In this document: one piece after another, positions 37,640-46,406 of the stretch | Layout: every line of letters begins with the position of its first letter | Numbering within the stretch: the stretch's first letter is position 1 | NCBI GenBank assembly: GCA_963752285.1 | Contig: CAVVXN010000005.1 | Span: 416,001-480,000 of the forward strand | Direction: 5' to 3' | DNA from: an uncultured Planctomycetota bacterium | Lineage (GTDB): Bacteria; Planctomycetota; PLA2; JAEUHO01 | Length of the DNA: 64,000 nucleotides | Position numbers and translations under genes: made by a program | Notes under the pieces: model-generated | Databases searched by the model: none | What the model was told of the DNA's origin: nothing | What the model saw: the letters and a program-made list of their open reading frames with translations, nothing else

Positions 37640-38173
37640 ATGAGCGTTCTCGGCTGCGACTGGTTCGCGCGGCCGTCGTACCGCGTCGCGCCGGAGCTCC
37701 TCGGAAAGGTGCTCGTCGCCCGGTCGCGTCACGGCGAGATCGCGCTGCCGATCACCGAGGTCGAGGCGTACCACGGACCGCGCGACCGCGCGTCGCACGC
37801 CGCGCGCGGCGAGACGCCCCGCAACCGACCGATGTTCGGGCCGGCGGGCGTCTGGTACGTGTACTTCGTCTACGGCATGCACTGGATGCTGAACGTCGTG
37901 TGCGACGCGCCGGGAACGCCCTCGGCGATCCTGATCCGCGGAGCGGGCGACGTGGTGGGGCCCGCGCGCCTCACGAAGCGACTGGGGGTCACGAAACGCT
38001 TCGACGGGCGCCCCGCGACGCCGCGCACCGGCCTCTGGGTCGAGGACCGAGGCCACGTGGTCCCGCGCCGCGCGGTCCGACGAACGCCGCGGATCGGCGT
38101 GGCGTACGCGGGCGAGACGTGGGCCGCGAAGCGGTGGCGCTTCGTCGTGGAGGGCGGGGCGCTCCCCGGGTAG
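37640..38173 (+). CDS. mpg: DNA-3-methyladenine glycosylase (MPG/AAG family)
   Basis: VAPELLGK, ITEVEAY.G..DRASH, YVY.VYGMH..LN and RIGV. Confidence 0.93.
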   Translation: MSVLGCDWFARPSYRVAPELLGKVLVARSRHGEIALPITEVEAYHGPRDRASHAARGETPRNRPMFGPAGVWYVYFVYGMHWMLNVVCDAPGTPSAILIRGAGDVVGPARLTKRLGVTKRFDGRPATPRTGLWVEDRGHVVPRRAVRRTPRIGVAYAGETWAAKRWRFVVEGGALPG

Positions 38174-38463
38174 GGCCGGGTCCCGCGAGCCCCTCGGCCG
38201 TCCCCGCCGGTTTTGTCTGGCGCCGAACGTGCGCCGGCGTTCCGGCAAGCGCTACCGCCGAGCCGGGCTGGCCGGACGTCCTCGCCGGGCCGCGCGGGCG
38301 GCCGCGGCGTGGGGGCCCGGGACGACCGGCGACGCGCGTGCGCCCGCGCGTCGCGTCCGCCGAGCGCGCGAGACCGGTCGGGTCCCGTTGCATTCCGGTC
38401 GGCCACCGGAGAGACTCGCATGTCGAGGTACCGGCACGGGGCCCGCGGGCCCGAGGAGGGATC

Positions 38464-38955
38464 ATGGGGAAACGAACTCTGGGGAACGGGATCGGGACTC
38501 GACGCTCCGCACGCTCGGTGGCGTCGCTCCTCCTCGGTCTCGCCCTGCTCGGCTCGGCGGTCGTCGCGCTCGGCACCACCGGATGCGGGAGACCGGACGA
38601 CGACCGGAAGGGGGGGCGCGTCGAGGCCGTGACCGTCGCGTGGATCGAGTACTACGACTCCAAGTACACGGGCGTGGATCCGACGAAGGACCGCGTCTTC
38701 CACCTGATCGCCAACCTGATGCAGAAGGCGGCGAGTCGCTACCGCCTGGAAGGCGCTCACAACGACGAGGACACGGCGATCGAGCACCTGGCGGACAAGC
38801 TGGTCGCCTGTCTCGACGGGCCCCACCGGGTCAAGCCGATGAAGGACGCGTGGGCCGAGCTCAAGACGGCTTCCGACGCCGTGACGGCCAAGCTCCCGAA
38901 GAGCGCCCAGGAGTGGAACGACGTCGCGGACGGGCTCATGCACGGCCACGACTGA
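38464..38955 (+). CDS. Hypothetical lipoprotein
   Basis: GGAGGG RBS, basic N-region, hydrophobic core and TTG-C lipobox-like site, then a helical mature region. Confidence 0.7.
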   Translation: MGKRTLGNGIGTRRSARSVASLLLGLALLGSAVVALGTTGCGRPDDDRKGGRVEAVTVAWIEYYDSKYTGVDPTKDRVFHLIANLMQKAASRYRLEGAHNDEDTAIEHLADKLVACLDGPHRVKPMKDAWAELKTASDAVTAKLPKSAQEWNDVADGLMHGHD

Positions 38956-39198
38956 CCGGCGTCGAAATTCGCCGGCCGGGGGGGAGGCTCGGGCCTCGCG
39001 TACGACTTTCGACCCGGAGGACCCGGGTTTGGGGCGCCGTCGTGCGGGAAGCGCGGCGCCCCGCTCGTGCAGCCCCTCGCGCCGAGCGCCGATGTGAGCG
39101 GGGTGTTGGGCACTCCGTCACGAGCCGGTTGGCGACCGACGTTCGAACCCTTGGGAGATGCCGAGAATCGTAGGGTGGTCGCGTCGGAGCCGCCGGAG

Positions 39199-39549
39199 AT
39201 GATGCACCTCGCGGATCAGCGCTGCGAACCGTGTCGCGGTGCCGTGCCGCCGCTCGCGGACGGCGAGGTCCGTCGGCTCCTCGCCGAGCTCGACGGCTGG
39301 ACGGCGCAGGAAGCGCACCACCTCGAGAAGCGGTGGTCCACCGGCGACTTCGCGCGGGCGCTCGACCTCGTGAACCGTTTCGGCGAGGTCGCCGAGGCGG
39401 AGGGCCACCACCCCCTCCTCGCGTTCACGTGGGGCTGGGTCGAAGCCCGGGTCTGGACCCACCGGATCGACGGGCTCACCCGGAGCGACTTCGTGCTCGC
39501 CGCGAAGCTCGACCGGGTCGCCCGGCGCGCCGAGGCGACGCCGGGCTGA
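39199..39549 (+). CDS. Pterin-4-alpha-carbinolamine dehydratase
   Basis: LADQRCEPCRG, AE.EGHHP and WTH.IDGLT.SDF.LAAK.D. Confidence 0.92.
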   Translation: MMHLADQRCEPCRGAVPPLADGEVRRLLAELDGWTAQEAHHLEKRWSTGDFARALDLVNRFGEVAEAEGHHPLLAFTWGWVEARVWTHRIDGLTRSDFVLAAKLDRVARRAEATPG

Positions 39550-39607
39550 GGCGGTCCGGGAAGGGGGAGGCCGGGGCCTCGAGCCCCCAGGTTCCCCGGG
39601 AATTGGC

Positions 39608-39636
39608 TTGTCGATCGCCGGGTCAGGAATTATGAT
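39608..39636 (+). promoter_or_regulatory. Putative sigma70 promoter of the feo operon
   Basis: TTGTCG-N17-TATGAT in an AT-rich patch. Confidence 0.65.
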
Positions 39637-39637
39637 C

Positions 39638-39654
39638 TTGAGAACGGTTCTCAA
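39638..39654. promoter_or_regulatory. Fur-box-like operator
   Basis: Perfect 8-1-8 palindrome TTGAGAAC-G-GTTCTCAA, resembling the Fur 7-1-7 consensus TGATAATnATTATCA, immediately 3' of the -10 of feoAAB. Confidence 0.8.
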
Positions 39655-39708
39655 TATCGTCCGTGACCCCGCGGGCCCGCCCCGCCCGGTCCGCAGCCCC
39701 GAGAGTCG

Positions 39709-39957
39709 ATGAACCCGCCCCGTTCGAACGTCGTCTCGCCGCTCCGCGCCGCCTCCCTCCCCCGGGGGGCCCGAGGCCTCGTCACCGCCGTGGACGGCTC
39801 CGTGGAGACGGTCGAGCGCCTCGCCGCGCTCGGCCTCGTCCCGGGCGCCGCCTTCCGCGTGCTCCGGGGCGGCTCGCCCCTGGCCCTCGCCGTCGGTGAG
39901 GCCCGGTTCGCCCTGGGCCGCGAGTGGGCCGAGGCCCTGGTGGTCTCCCCGCTGTGA
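39709..39957 (+). CDS. feoA: Ferrous iron transport protein A (copy 1)
   Basis: RLAALGLVPG..F.V...G.PL...VGE.RFALG...A. Confidence 0.85.
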   Translation: MNPPRSNVVSPLRAASLPRGARGLVTAVDGSVETVERLAALGLVPGAAFRVLRGGSPLALAVGEARFALGREWAEALVVSPL

Positions 39958-40211
39958 CGGCGCCGCCCGGCGGGGCGGGGCGGACGCTCGCGGACCTCCC
40001 CGTGGGCGGGCACGGGCGGATCCGGTCGATCGACGCGCCCGCGGCGCTCCGCCAACGCCTGCTCGAGATGGGTCTCGTCGAAGGCACGCCGGTCGAGGTG
40101 GTGCGGTTCGCGCCCCTCGGCGACCCGATGGAGATCCGCGTGCGCGGCTACCACCTGAGCCTCCGGCGCGCCGACGCGCGCGGCGTGACCGTCTCGGAGG
40201 ACGACGCGTGA
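39954..40211 (+). CDS. feoA: Ferrous iron transport protein A (copy 2)
   Basis: RLLEMGLVEGT.VEVVRFAPLGDPMEIRVRGY.LSLRR.DA; GTGA overlap. Confidence 0.92.
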   Translation: MTAPPGGAGRTLADLPVGGHGRIRSIDAPAALRQRLLEMGLVEGTPVEVVRFAPLGDPMEIRVRGYHLSLRRADARGVTVSEDDA

Positions 40212-42592
40212 GCCCGGCCTTCGCCCGCGAGCCCGTCGTCCTGCCCGTCGTCCGGGCCGAGCGGTGGGTGGCCCTGATCGGGAACCCGAACACGGGGAAG
40301 ACCACGCTCTTCAACGCGCTGACGGGTGGCCGCGCGCGCACGGGTAACTACCCCGGCGTCACCGTGGACAAGCGGATGGGCACGCTCCGCGGCGCGGACG
40401 GACACGTCGTGCGCGTGCTCGACCTGCCCGGCACGTACAGCCTCGCTGCGCGCTCGCCCGACGAGATGGTCGCGGTGGACGTGCTGCTCGGTCGTCTCGC
40501 CGACACGCCCCGCCCGGGCGCGGTGGCGGTCGTGGTCGATGCCGCGAACCTCGAGCGGAACCTCTACCTCGTGACGCAGGTGATCGAGACCGGCGTTCCG
40601 ACGATCGTCGCCCTCAACATGATGGACGACGCCGCGGCGCGAGGCATGCGGATCGAGCCCGCCGCGCTCTCGGAGCGCCTGGGCGTCCCGGTCGTGCCCA
40701 CCGTCGCCTCGCGCGGCCAGGGCGTGGACGCGCTTTGCGCGGCGCTCGTCGGAGCGCTCGACGCGCCCGCGCCCGCGTCCCGGCTCGACTGGCCCCCGGC
40801 GATCGAGTCCGCCGAACGGGCGCTCGCGCGGTCCATCGCGGATGCCGGGCTCGACGGCGTGACGTCGGTCGAGGTGCGCCGCGCGCTCCTCGACGCGGGC
40901 GGCGAGACCGAGCGTCGCCTCGTCGCCCGGGGTGGACCGCGCGTCGCGCAGTCGATCGCCGCCCACCGCGCGGCGGCCGAGGCCGAGGGCGGTTCGCTCG
41001 CGGCGCTCGAGGCCGCGACGCGCTACGCGTTCATCGCCGGCGTCGTGGAGGGGAGCCTCTCCCGCGAGGCGGCCCCCGCCGTCACCCGGTCGGACCGGAT
41101 CGACACGGTCCTGACGCACCGGATCTGGGGCACGCTCGCGCTCGCGGCCGTGATGACGACCGTCTTCACGTCGATCTTCTCGGGCGCGGCGCCGATCATG
41201 GACTGGATCGACACCGGCGTCTTCAAGCCGCTGCAGCAGGCCGTGGCCGGTTGGGCCTTCCTCGGCGACGGCGCGGTGAAGAGCCTCGTCGTGGACGGGG
41301 TCATCGGCGGGGTGGGGAGCGTCGCGGTGTTCCTCCCGCAGATCGCGATCCTCTTCGCGTTCATCGCGCTCCTGGAGGGCTGCGGCTACATGGCCCGGGC
41401 CGCGTTCCTGATGGACCGGCTGCTGCGCGGGTGCGGGCTCTCGGGGCGCTCGTTCATCCCGATGCTGTCCTCGTTCGCGTGCGCGGTCCCGGGAATCATG
41501 TCCGCGCGCACGATCGAGAACCGGCGGGACCGGATCGTCACCGTGCTCGTCGCGCCCCTCATGTCGTGCAGCGCGCGGATCCCCGTGTACGTGCTCATGA
41601 TCGCGGCGTTCGTGCCGCCGATCGCCCTGCTCGGCTTCGTGAACCTGCAGGGCGTGGTCTTCGCGGGGATGTACCTGGTCGGCATCCTGGTCGCGATCCC
41701 GGTCGCCCTCCTCCTCAAGCGCACCGTGCTCCGCGGCGACACGCCCTCGTTCCTCGTCGAGCTCCCGCCGTACCGCATCCCCCGGCCGGGCGTCGTGGTG
41801 GCGCGCGTCGTCGAGCAGGCGTGGGCCTTCCTCGCGCGCGCGGGGACGATCATCTTCGCGGCGAGCATCGTGATCTGGGCGCTGTCCTACTTCCCGCGCC
41901 CCGACGACCCCGAGGCGCCCGTCCGCGCCGCGGTCACGAAGGCCGAGGCCGGCGTGGCGCCGCGGCGCGAGCGTCTCCGGATCGAACGCGCGCGCCAGGA
42001 TCAGGCCGTGACCGCGGCCGAGGCCCAGGGGCCCGCGCTCGGTGTACCGGCGCGCCAGGCCTACACCGCCTTCCTCGCGTACGCGGACGACGAGGAGGCG
42101 AAGCTCCGCGGCGAGGTCGAGTCGGCGCGGGTGGAGGCCGAGCACGACGTCCAGGGCGAGGCGCTCCGCGAGAGCTTCCTCGGCCGGGCCGGCCGCGCGC
42201 TCGAGCCGGTCTTCGCGCCGATGCGGTGGGACTGGAAGGTCGCCGCGGCCGTCGTGGCGTCGTTCCCCGCGCGCGAGGTCGTCGTGAGCACGCTGGGGGT
42301 CATCTACAACCTGGGATCCGACGCGGACGAGGAGAGCGAGGGTCTTCGCGACCGCCTGCGCGCGGCGTCGTGGGACTCGGGACCGCATGCGGGGCAGGCC
42401 GTCTTCGACCTCCCGGGGGCCATCGCGCTCATGGTCTTCTTCGCGCTGTGCGCCCAGTGCGTCTCGACGCTGGTCACGATCCGGAAGGAGACCGGGGCCT
42501 GGCGGTGGGCCGCGTTCTCGTTCGGCTACATGACGATCCTCGCCTGGTGCGCGGCCGCGCTCGTCGCGGTCGGGCTGAGGGCCCTTCTCTGA
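40208..42592 (+). CDS. feoB: Ferrous iron transport protein B
   Basis: G motifs GNPNTGKT, NYPGVTV, DLPGTYSL and NMMD; membrane motifs GYMARAAF.MD, MSCSAR.P.Y, ELPPYR.P and AREVVV. Confidence 0.96.
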   Translation: MSPAFAREPVVLPVVRAERWVALIGNPNTGKTTLFNALTGGRARTGNYPGVTVDKRMGTLRGADGHVVRVLDLPGTYSLAARSPDEMVAVDVLLGRLADTPRPGAVAVVVDAANLERNLYLVTQVIETGVPTIVALNMMDDAAARGMRIEPAALSERLGVPVVPTVASRGQGVDALCAALVGALDAPAPASRLDWPPAIESAERALARSIADAGLDGVTSVEVRRALLDAGGETERRLVARGGPRVAQSIAAHRAAAEAEGGSLAALEAATRYAFIAGVVEGSLSREAAPAVTRSDRIDTVLTHRIWGTLALAAVMTTVFTSIFSGAAPIMDWIDTGVFKPLQQAVAGWAFLGDGAVKSLVVDGVIGGVGSVAVFLPQIAILFAFIALLEGCGYMARAAFLMDRLLRGCGLSGRSFIPMLSSFACAVPGIMSARTIENRRDRIVTVLVAPLMSCSARIPVYVLMIAAFVPPIALLGFVNLQGVVFAGMYLVGILVAIPVALLLKRTVLRGDTPSFLVELPPYRIPRPGVVVARVVEQAWAFLARAGTIIFAASIVIWALSYFPRPDDPEAPVRAAVTKAEAGVAPRRERLRIERARQDQAVTAAEAQGPALGVPARQAYTAFLAYADDEEAKLRGEVESARVEAEHDVQGEALRESFLGRAGRALEPVFAPMRWDWKVAAAVVASFPAREVVVSTLGVIYNLGSDADEESEGLRDRLRAASWDSGPHAGQAVFDLPGAIALMVFFALCAQCVSTLVTIRKETGAWRWAAFSFGYMTILAWCAAALVAVGLRALL

Positions 42593-42798
42593 TGGACACC
42601 GCCGTCGCCCTCGCGATCGTGCTCGTCGCGCTCGTCTACCTGGGACGGCGTCTCCAACGCGTCCTCGGGGCGGGGGCGGGGGGATGCGGCTGCGGAGCCC
42701 GCGCGGGCACGTGTCCCGCCGCGCGCGAGATGGGTCGCGAGATGGACGCGGCGGCGAAGGCCGCCCTCGGGAGCGGCGGCCCGCGCCGCGCGATCTGA
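42592..42798 (+). CDS. FeoB-associated Cys-rich membrane protein
   Basis: MDTAVALAIVLVALVYLGRR...GGCGCG....TCP; TGATG overlap with feoB. Confidence 0.8.
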   Translation: MDTAVALAIVLVALVYLGRRLQRVLGAGAGGCGCGARAGTCPAAREMGREMDAAAKAALGSGGPRRAI

Positions 42799-42899
42799 CC
42801 CCGGACCCGCGGGGGGCGGGGGGTCCCGCGGCGACGGAAGGGAACCGACGCCTGCTATCCTCCGTTACTCCACTCGTGATCCCCCACGGAGGAGGTGCC

Positions 42900-44201
42900 A
42901 TGCGCGCTCTGTCCCGGCCCCGTTCGCTCGCCCTCGTGCTCGCCCTCGCCGGACTCGCGGCGGGGTGCGGGGGAAAGGAAGAGTCGCAGTCGGGCAAGGC
43001 GGCCGCGGCCCCGCCGGGGACCTCTCCCTACGCCGCGTCCCCGTACGCGGAGATCCACGGCGCGGCGTCCTCGGGCCTCGCCCAAGACCTCGTGAAGAAG
43101 GCCGAGACCGCGGTCGGGAAGGGTCGGGAGGCGCTGCTGAAGGCGCAGGATCCATCGGGCGCGTTCGGCGATCCGACGCTCAAGATGCCGCCGAACGTGG
43201 GGTACACCGCCATGGCGGTGGAGGCCGTCATCGCGGCGACCCCGCAGCGCGAGGTGGCCAAGGACGAACACGTCGGCAAGGCGCTCGCGTACCTCGCCAA
43301 GCAGCAGAAGGACGACGGGTCGATCTACGACAACGACCAGTACGTCAACTACATGACCTGCGCGTCGATCGGCGCGTTCTCGATGGCGAAGGTCGCCCAG
43401 TACGCCCAGAACGAGCTGAAGGCCCGCGACTTCGTCGTGAAGAGCCAGATCGGCGGTGACGAGAAGGACATGTCCTACGGCGGGTTCCCGTACGGGGAGG
43501 AGCCCGACGAGCTGCCGGACCTCTCGAACGCGCAGTTCGCGGCGCAGGCGTTCCACGACGCCGAGCTCCCCGCCGACGCCGAGGCGTGGGCGCGGCTCCG
43601 CGTGTACCTCGACCGCGTGCAGAACCGCTCCGAGTCGAACAAGACCGAGGTCGAGGCCAAGGTGGACGACGCGAAGGGCGTGGTGGTCGCGGGCGACGAC
43701 GGCGGGGCGTACTACCGTCCGGGGATGAGCCAGGCCGGGCTCGTGAAGCGCGCCGACGGCACATACGAGCCGCGTTCGTACGGCTCGATGACGTACGCGC
43801 TCGTGAAGTGCTACCTGCTCGCGGGCGTGAACGCGAAGGACCCCAAGGTCCAGGCGGCGATCGGCTGGATCCAGGACCACTTCACGCTCGACCGGAACCC
43901 GGGCTTCGAGAGCGCGAAGGACCCCGAGAAGGCCGGTCAGCAGGGCTGGTACTACTACGTCTTCACGATGGCGCGCGCGCTCACGGCGTACGAGCTGGTG
44001 ACGGGCAAGCCCCTGGAGATCAAGGACGACCAGGGCCAGACCCACAACTGGAGGGCCGAGCTCGTCCAGGCGCTCCTCGACCGCCAGAAGGACGACGGCA
44101 CGTGGGTGAACCCGACGGATCGCTGGGAGGAGAGCTCCCCGACCCTCGCCACGTCCTACGCGCTCGTCTCGCTCGCGGAAGCGCTCGGCCGGTTGCACTA
44201 G
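42900..44201 (+). CDS. Lipoprotein with prenyltransferase/squalene-cyclase (QW) repeats
   Basis: LAAG-C lipobox; repeated L...Q..DG motifs; DLSN.QF, DGG..Y.P, RSYGSMTY and Q..DG.W.N...W.E. Confidence 0.85.
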   Translation: MRALSRPRSLALVLALAGLAAGCGGKEESQSGKAAAAPPGTSPYAASPYAEIHGAASSGLAQDLVKKAETAVGKGREALLKAQDPSGAFGDPTLKMPPNVGYTAMAVEAVIAATPQREVAKDEHVGKALAYLAKQQKDDGSIYDNDQYVNYMTCASIGAFSMAKVAQYAQNELKARDFVVKSQIGGDEKDMSYGGFPYGEEPDELPDLSNAQFAAQAFHDAELPADAEAWARLRVYLDRVQNRSESNKTEVEAKVDDAKGVVVAGDDGGAYYRPGMSQAGLVKRADGTYEPRSYGSMTYALVKCYLLAGVNAKDPKVQAAIGWIQDHFTLDRNPGFESAKDPEKAGQQGWYYYVFTMARALTAYELVTGKPLEIKDDQGQTHNWRAELVQALLDRQKDDGTWVNPTDRWEESSPTLATSYALVSLAEALGRLH

Positions 44202-44221
44202 GAGCGGCGAGGAGGCTCCCC

Positions 44222-44929
44222 GTGGCGGACCGTCCCGCCCCGCCCGATCCGGGGCCTTCCTGGCGGGCGGCGGCGGCCCTCGGTCCGCCCGCGCTCCCGG
44301 TCCTCGCGTTCGTCGCCGTGCGGCTCGCGGGCGGCGCGGGCGCGGCCGGCACGTACCGCGCGATGGCCTTCGCGCTCGTGGCGTCGGCCGCGGTGGGGGC
44401 GTTTTGCGCGCGGTCCGCGGCCGTCTCGTCGCTCCGCGCGGTCGTGGTGGCCGCCACGCTCGGCGGAGCCGCGGCCGTCTCGACGACCGAGGTCGCGCGG
44501 GGCCTCGCCGCCGCCTTCCTCGGGGGGAGCGTCGTCCTGTCCGCCTCGGGCCTCTCGGCGCTCGGACGCCGCGTCGGCGCGCCGGGCGTCGCCGCGGGCG
44601 CCGTCGCGGCGTCGGTGCTCTGGGTGGCGATGCTGGGGCTCTACTGGGCCGACCCTCTCTCGGAGCACGTGCCCCTGGCTCTCCGCCGTGGCGTGCGGCA
44701 GGCCGTCCTCTACGTCGATCCGGTGCTCGCCGCGTCGTACGGCGCGGCGGGTCACGACCGTCTGCACGACCCCGACGTCTACTTCGAGGTCCCCCTCGCC
44801 TCGTCGCTCATCCAGGCGCCGGACGCCCGGACGACGGGCCTGACCTGGACCGCCGTGGGCCTCCTCTCGTGGGCCGCGGCGCTCGTGGGACGGCGGCGCG
44901 GTCCGGGGACCGCCCGGCCGGCGCCGTAG
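44222..44929 (+). CDS. Hypothetical multi-pass membrane protein
   Basis: Several Ala/Val/Leu-rich helices in the C-terminal part of track ORF 43586..44929; GTG start at 44222. Confidence 0.65.
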   Translation: MADRPAPPDPGPSWRAAAALGPPALPVLAFVAVRLAGGAGAAGTYRAMAFALVASAAVGAFCARSAAVSSLRAVVVAATLGGAAAVSTTEVARGLAAAFLGGSVVLSASGLSALGRRVGAPGVAAGAVAASVLWVAMLGLYWADPLSEHVPLALRRGVRQAVLYVDPVLAASYGAAGHDRLHDPDVYFEVPLASSLIQAPDARTTGLTWTAVGLLSWAAALVGRRRGPGTARPAP

Positions 44930-44939
44930 CATCGACCCC

Positions 44940-46406
44940 GTGCGCACCGTTCCGGGCTCTCTCGCGGACGCCGAGGTCGTCGTGGTCGGCGCGGGCGGCC
45001 TCGGGTGTCCCGCCGCGTGGGCGCTCGCGGCCGCCGGCGTCGGGCGCGTGACGATCGTAGACCCCGATCGCGTCGAGCCCTCGAACCTCCCGCGCCAGGT
45101 CCTGTTCGGCCCGGACGACGTGGGCCGGCCGAAGGCGCTCGCCGCCGCGCGGCGCCTCGACCCGGACGGCGCGCGCGTGCACGGCGTGGCCGAGCGCCTC
45201 GACGACACGAACGAGATGCGCGTGCTCGCGGGCGCCTCGGTCGTGATCGACGCCACCGACGGCGCGCCCGCGAAGGACTGGCTGAACGCCGTCGCGGTCC
45301 GTCGGGGCCTGCCGCTCGTGCACGCGGCAGCGCTCCGGTCGGAGGGCCGGGTCCTCGAGGTGCCTCCGGGCGGTCGGCCCTGCCTCGCCTGCCTCTTCGG
45401 TCGGCTTCGGGAGGAGGGCGGGGCGTGCGCGGACCTCGGCGTCTGGCCCGGCGTCGTCGGCGCGACGGGCTACCTGGCGGCGGCCGCCGCCGTGCGGCGC
45501 GTGCGGGCGCCCGACGCGCCGTCCCCCGGCTACCTCCTGCTCGACCGCGGCGGCGGTCGCACCGTCGTCCTGACGGCCGCGCCCGACTCCTCGTGTCTGG
45601 TGTGCGCGCGCGGCGAGGCGCCGCCGGAGCCGTACCCGTCCGTCCCCGCCTGCGCCGTGGACCCCCTGGCCGGTACGGCGCCGCTCGACGGAGAGGCGCG
45701 GCTCGACCTTCGCGACGAGTCGTGCCCGTTGAACCTGCTCCGCGCGCGCCGCGCGGTGGAGGACCTGGCGCCCGGCCGCGTCGTCCGGATCGTCCTCGGC
45801 GCCGAGGGCCGGGAGAGCGTGCCGGAGGGCCTGCGTGCGCTCGGGCACCGGCTCGTGGACGTCGAGGCCCGCGCCGACGGACTCGAGCTCGTGGTCGCGC
45901 GCGGTCGGACCGACGCCGGGCCCGGACCCGGCACACGCCTCTCGCGCGACCAGCTCCTCCGCTACGCGCGGCAGGTCGTGCTCCCGGAGGTGGGGGAGGC
46001 CGGGCAGCGCCGCCTGCTCGACGCCGCGGTGGGGCTCTCCGGCTCGGGCCCTCTGCTCGAGGCGGCCGCGGTCCACCTCGCCGCGTCGGGCGTCGGGCGA
46101 CTCGTGATCGATGGGGAGGGCGCGCCGCCGCGGAACGGGTTCCCGTACGGTCGCGGACGGACGGCCGCGGAGGCGCTCGCCGCGTTCCTCTCGCCGCGGT
46201 CCGACGGCCGGGTCGAGGCGGGTCCGCTCCGAGGCGACCTCCTCGTCGTGCGCGCGGACGACGCGGTTCCCGGGACGGAGGGGCTCGACCTCCTCGCGCC
46301 CGGCGCGGGCGCCGACCGGGACGCGCGGCTTCGCGCCCGAGGGGCGCTCCTCGCAGACGGCGCGATGCGCGCCGTCGTCGGCGCGGCGTACGCTGGACGT
46401 CCGTGA
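44940..46406 (+). CDS. ThiF/MoeB adenylyltransferase - TusA sulfur carrier - degenerate ThiF fusion
   Basis: GAGGLG, DPDRVEPSNLPRQ, DATD and CLAC...CLVC; then LDLRDESCPLN (TusA); then RYARQVVLPEVGEAGQRRL (MoeB N-terminus). Confidence 0.85.
   Translation: MRTVPGSLADAEVVVVGAGGLGCPAAWALAAAGVGRVTIVDPDRVEPSNLPRQVLFGPDDVGRPKALAAARRLDPDGARVHGVAERLDDTNEMRVLAGASVVIDATDGAPAKDWLNAVAVRRGLPLVHAAALRSEGRVLEVPPGGRPCLACLFGRLREEGGACADLGVWPGVVGATGYLAAAAAVRRVRAPDAPSPGYLLLDRGGGRTVVLTAAPDSSCLVCARGEAPPEPYPSVPACAVDPLAGTAPLDGEARLDLRDESCPLNLLRARRAVEDLAPGRVVRIVLGAEGRESVPEGLRALGHRLVDVEARADGLELVVARGRTDAGPGPGTRLSRDQLLRYARQVVLPEVGEAGQRRLLDAAVGLSGSGPLLEAAAVHLAASGVGRLVIDGEGAPPRNGFPYGRGRTAAEALAAFLSPRSDGRVEAGPLRGDLLVVRADDAVPGTEGLDLLAPGAGADRDARLRARGALLADGAMRAVVGAAYAGRP

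Noticed and set aside
38174..38463. GC-rich inverted repeats (e.g. GCGACGCGCG...CGCGCGTCGC) as REP/MITE elements
   Set aside because: No second copy seen in the window, and such palindromes are expected by chance at this composition.
35419..39549. Possible genomic island integrated at tRNA-Arg
   Set aside because: No integrase, no duplicated tRNA 3' end and no evident compositional shift.
42900..44201. Squalene-hopene cyclase / hopanoid biosynthesis gene
   Set aside because: It is a lipoprotein with only one barrel's worth of QW repeats, has no DxDD motif and has no hpn neighbours.
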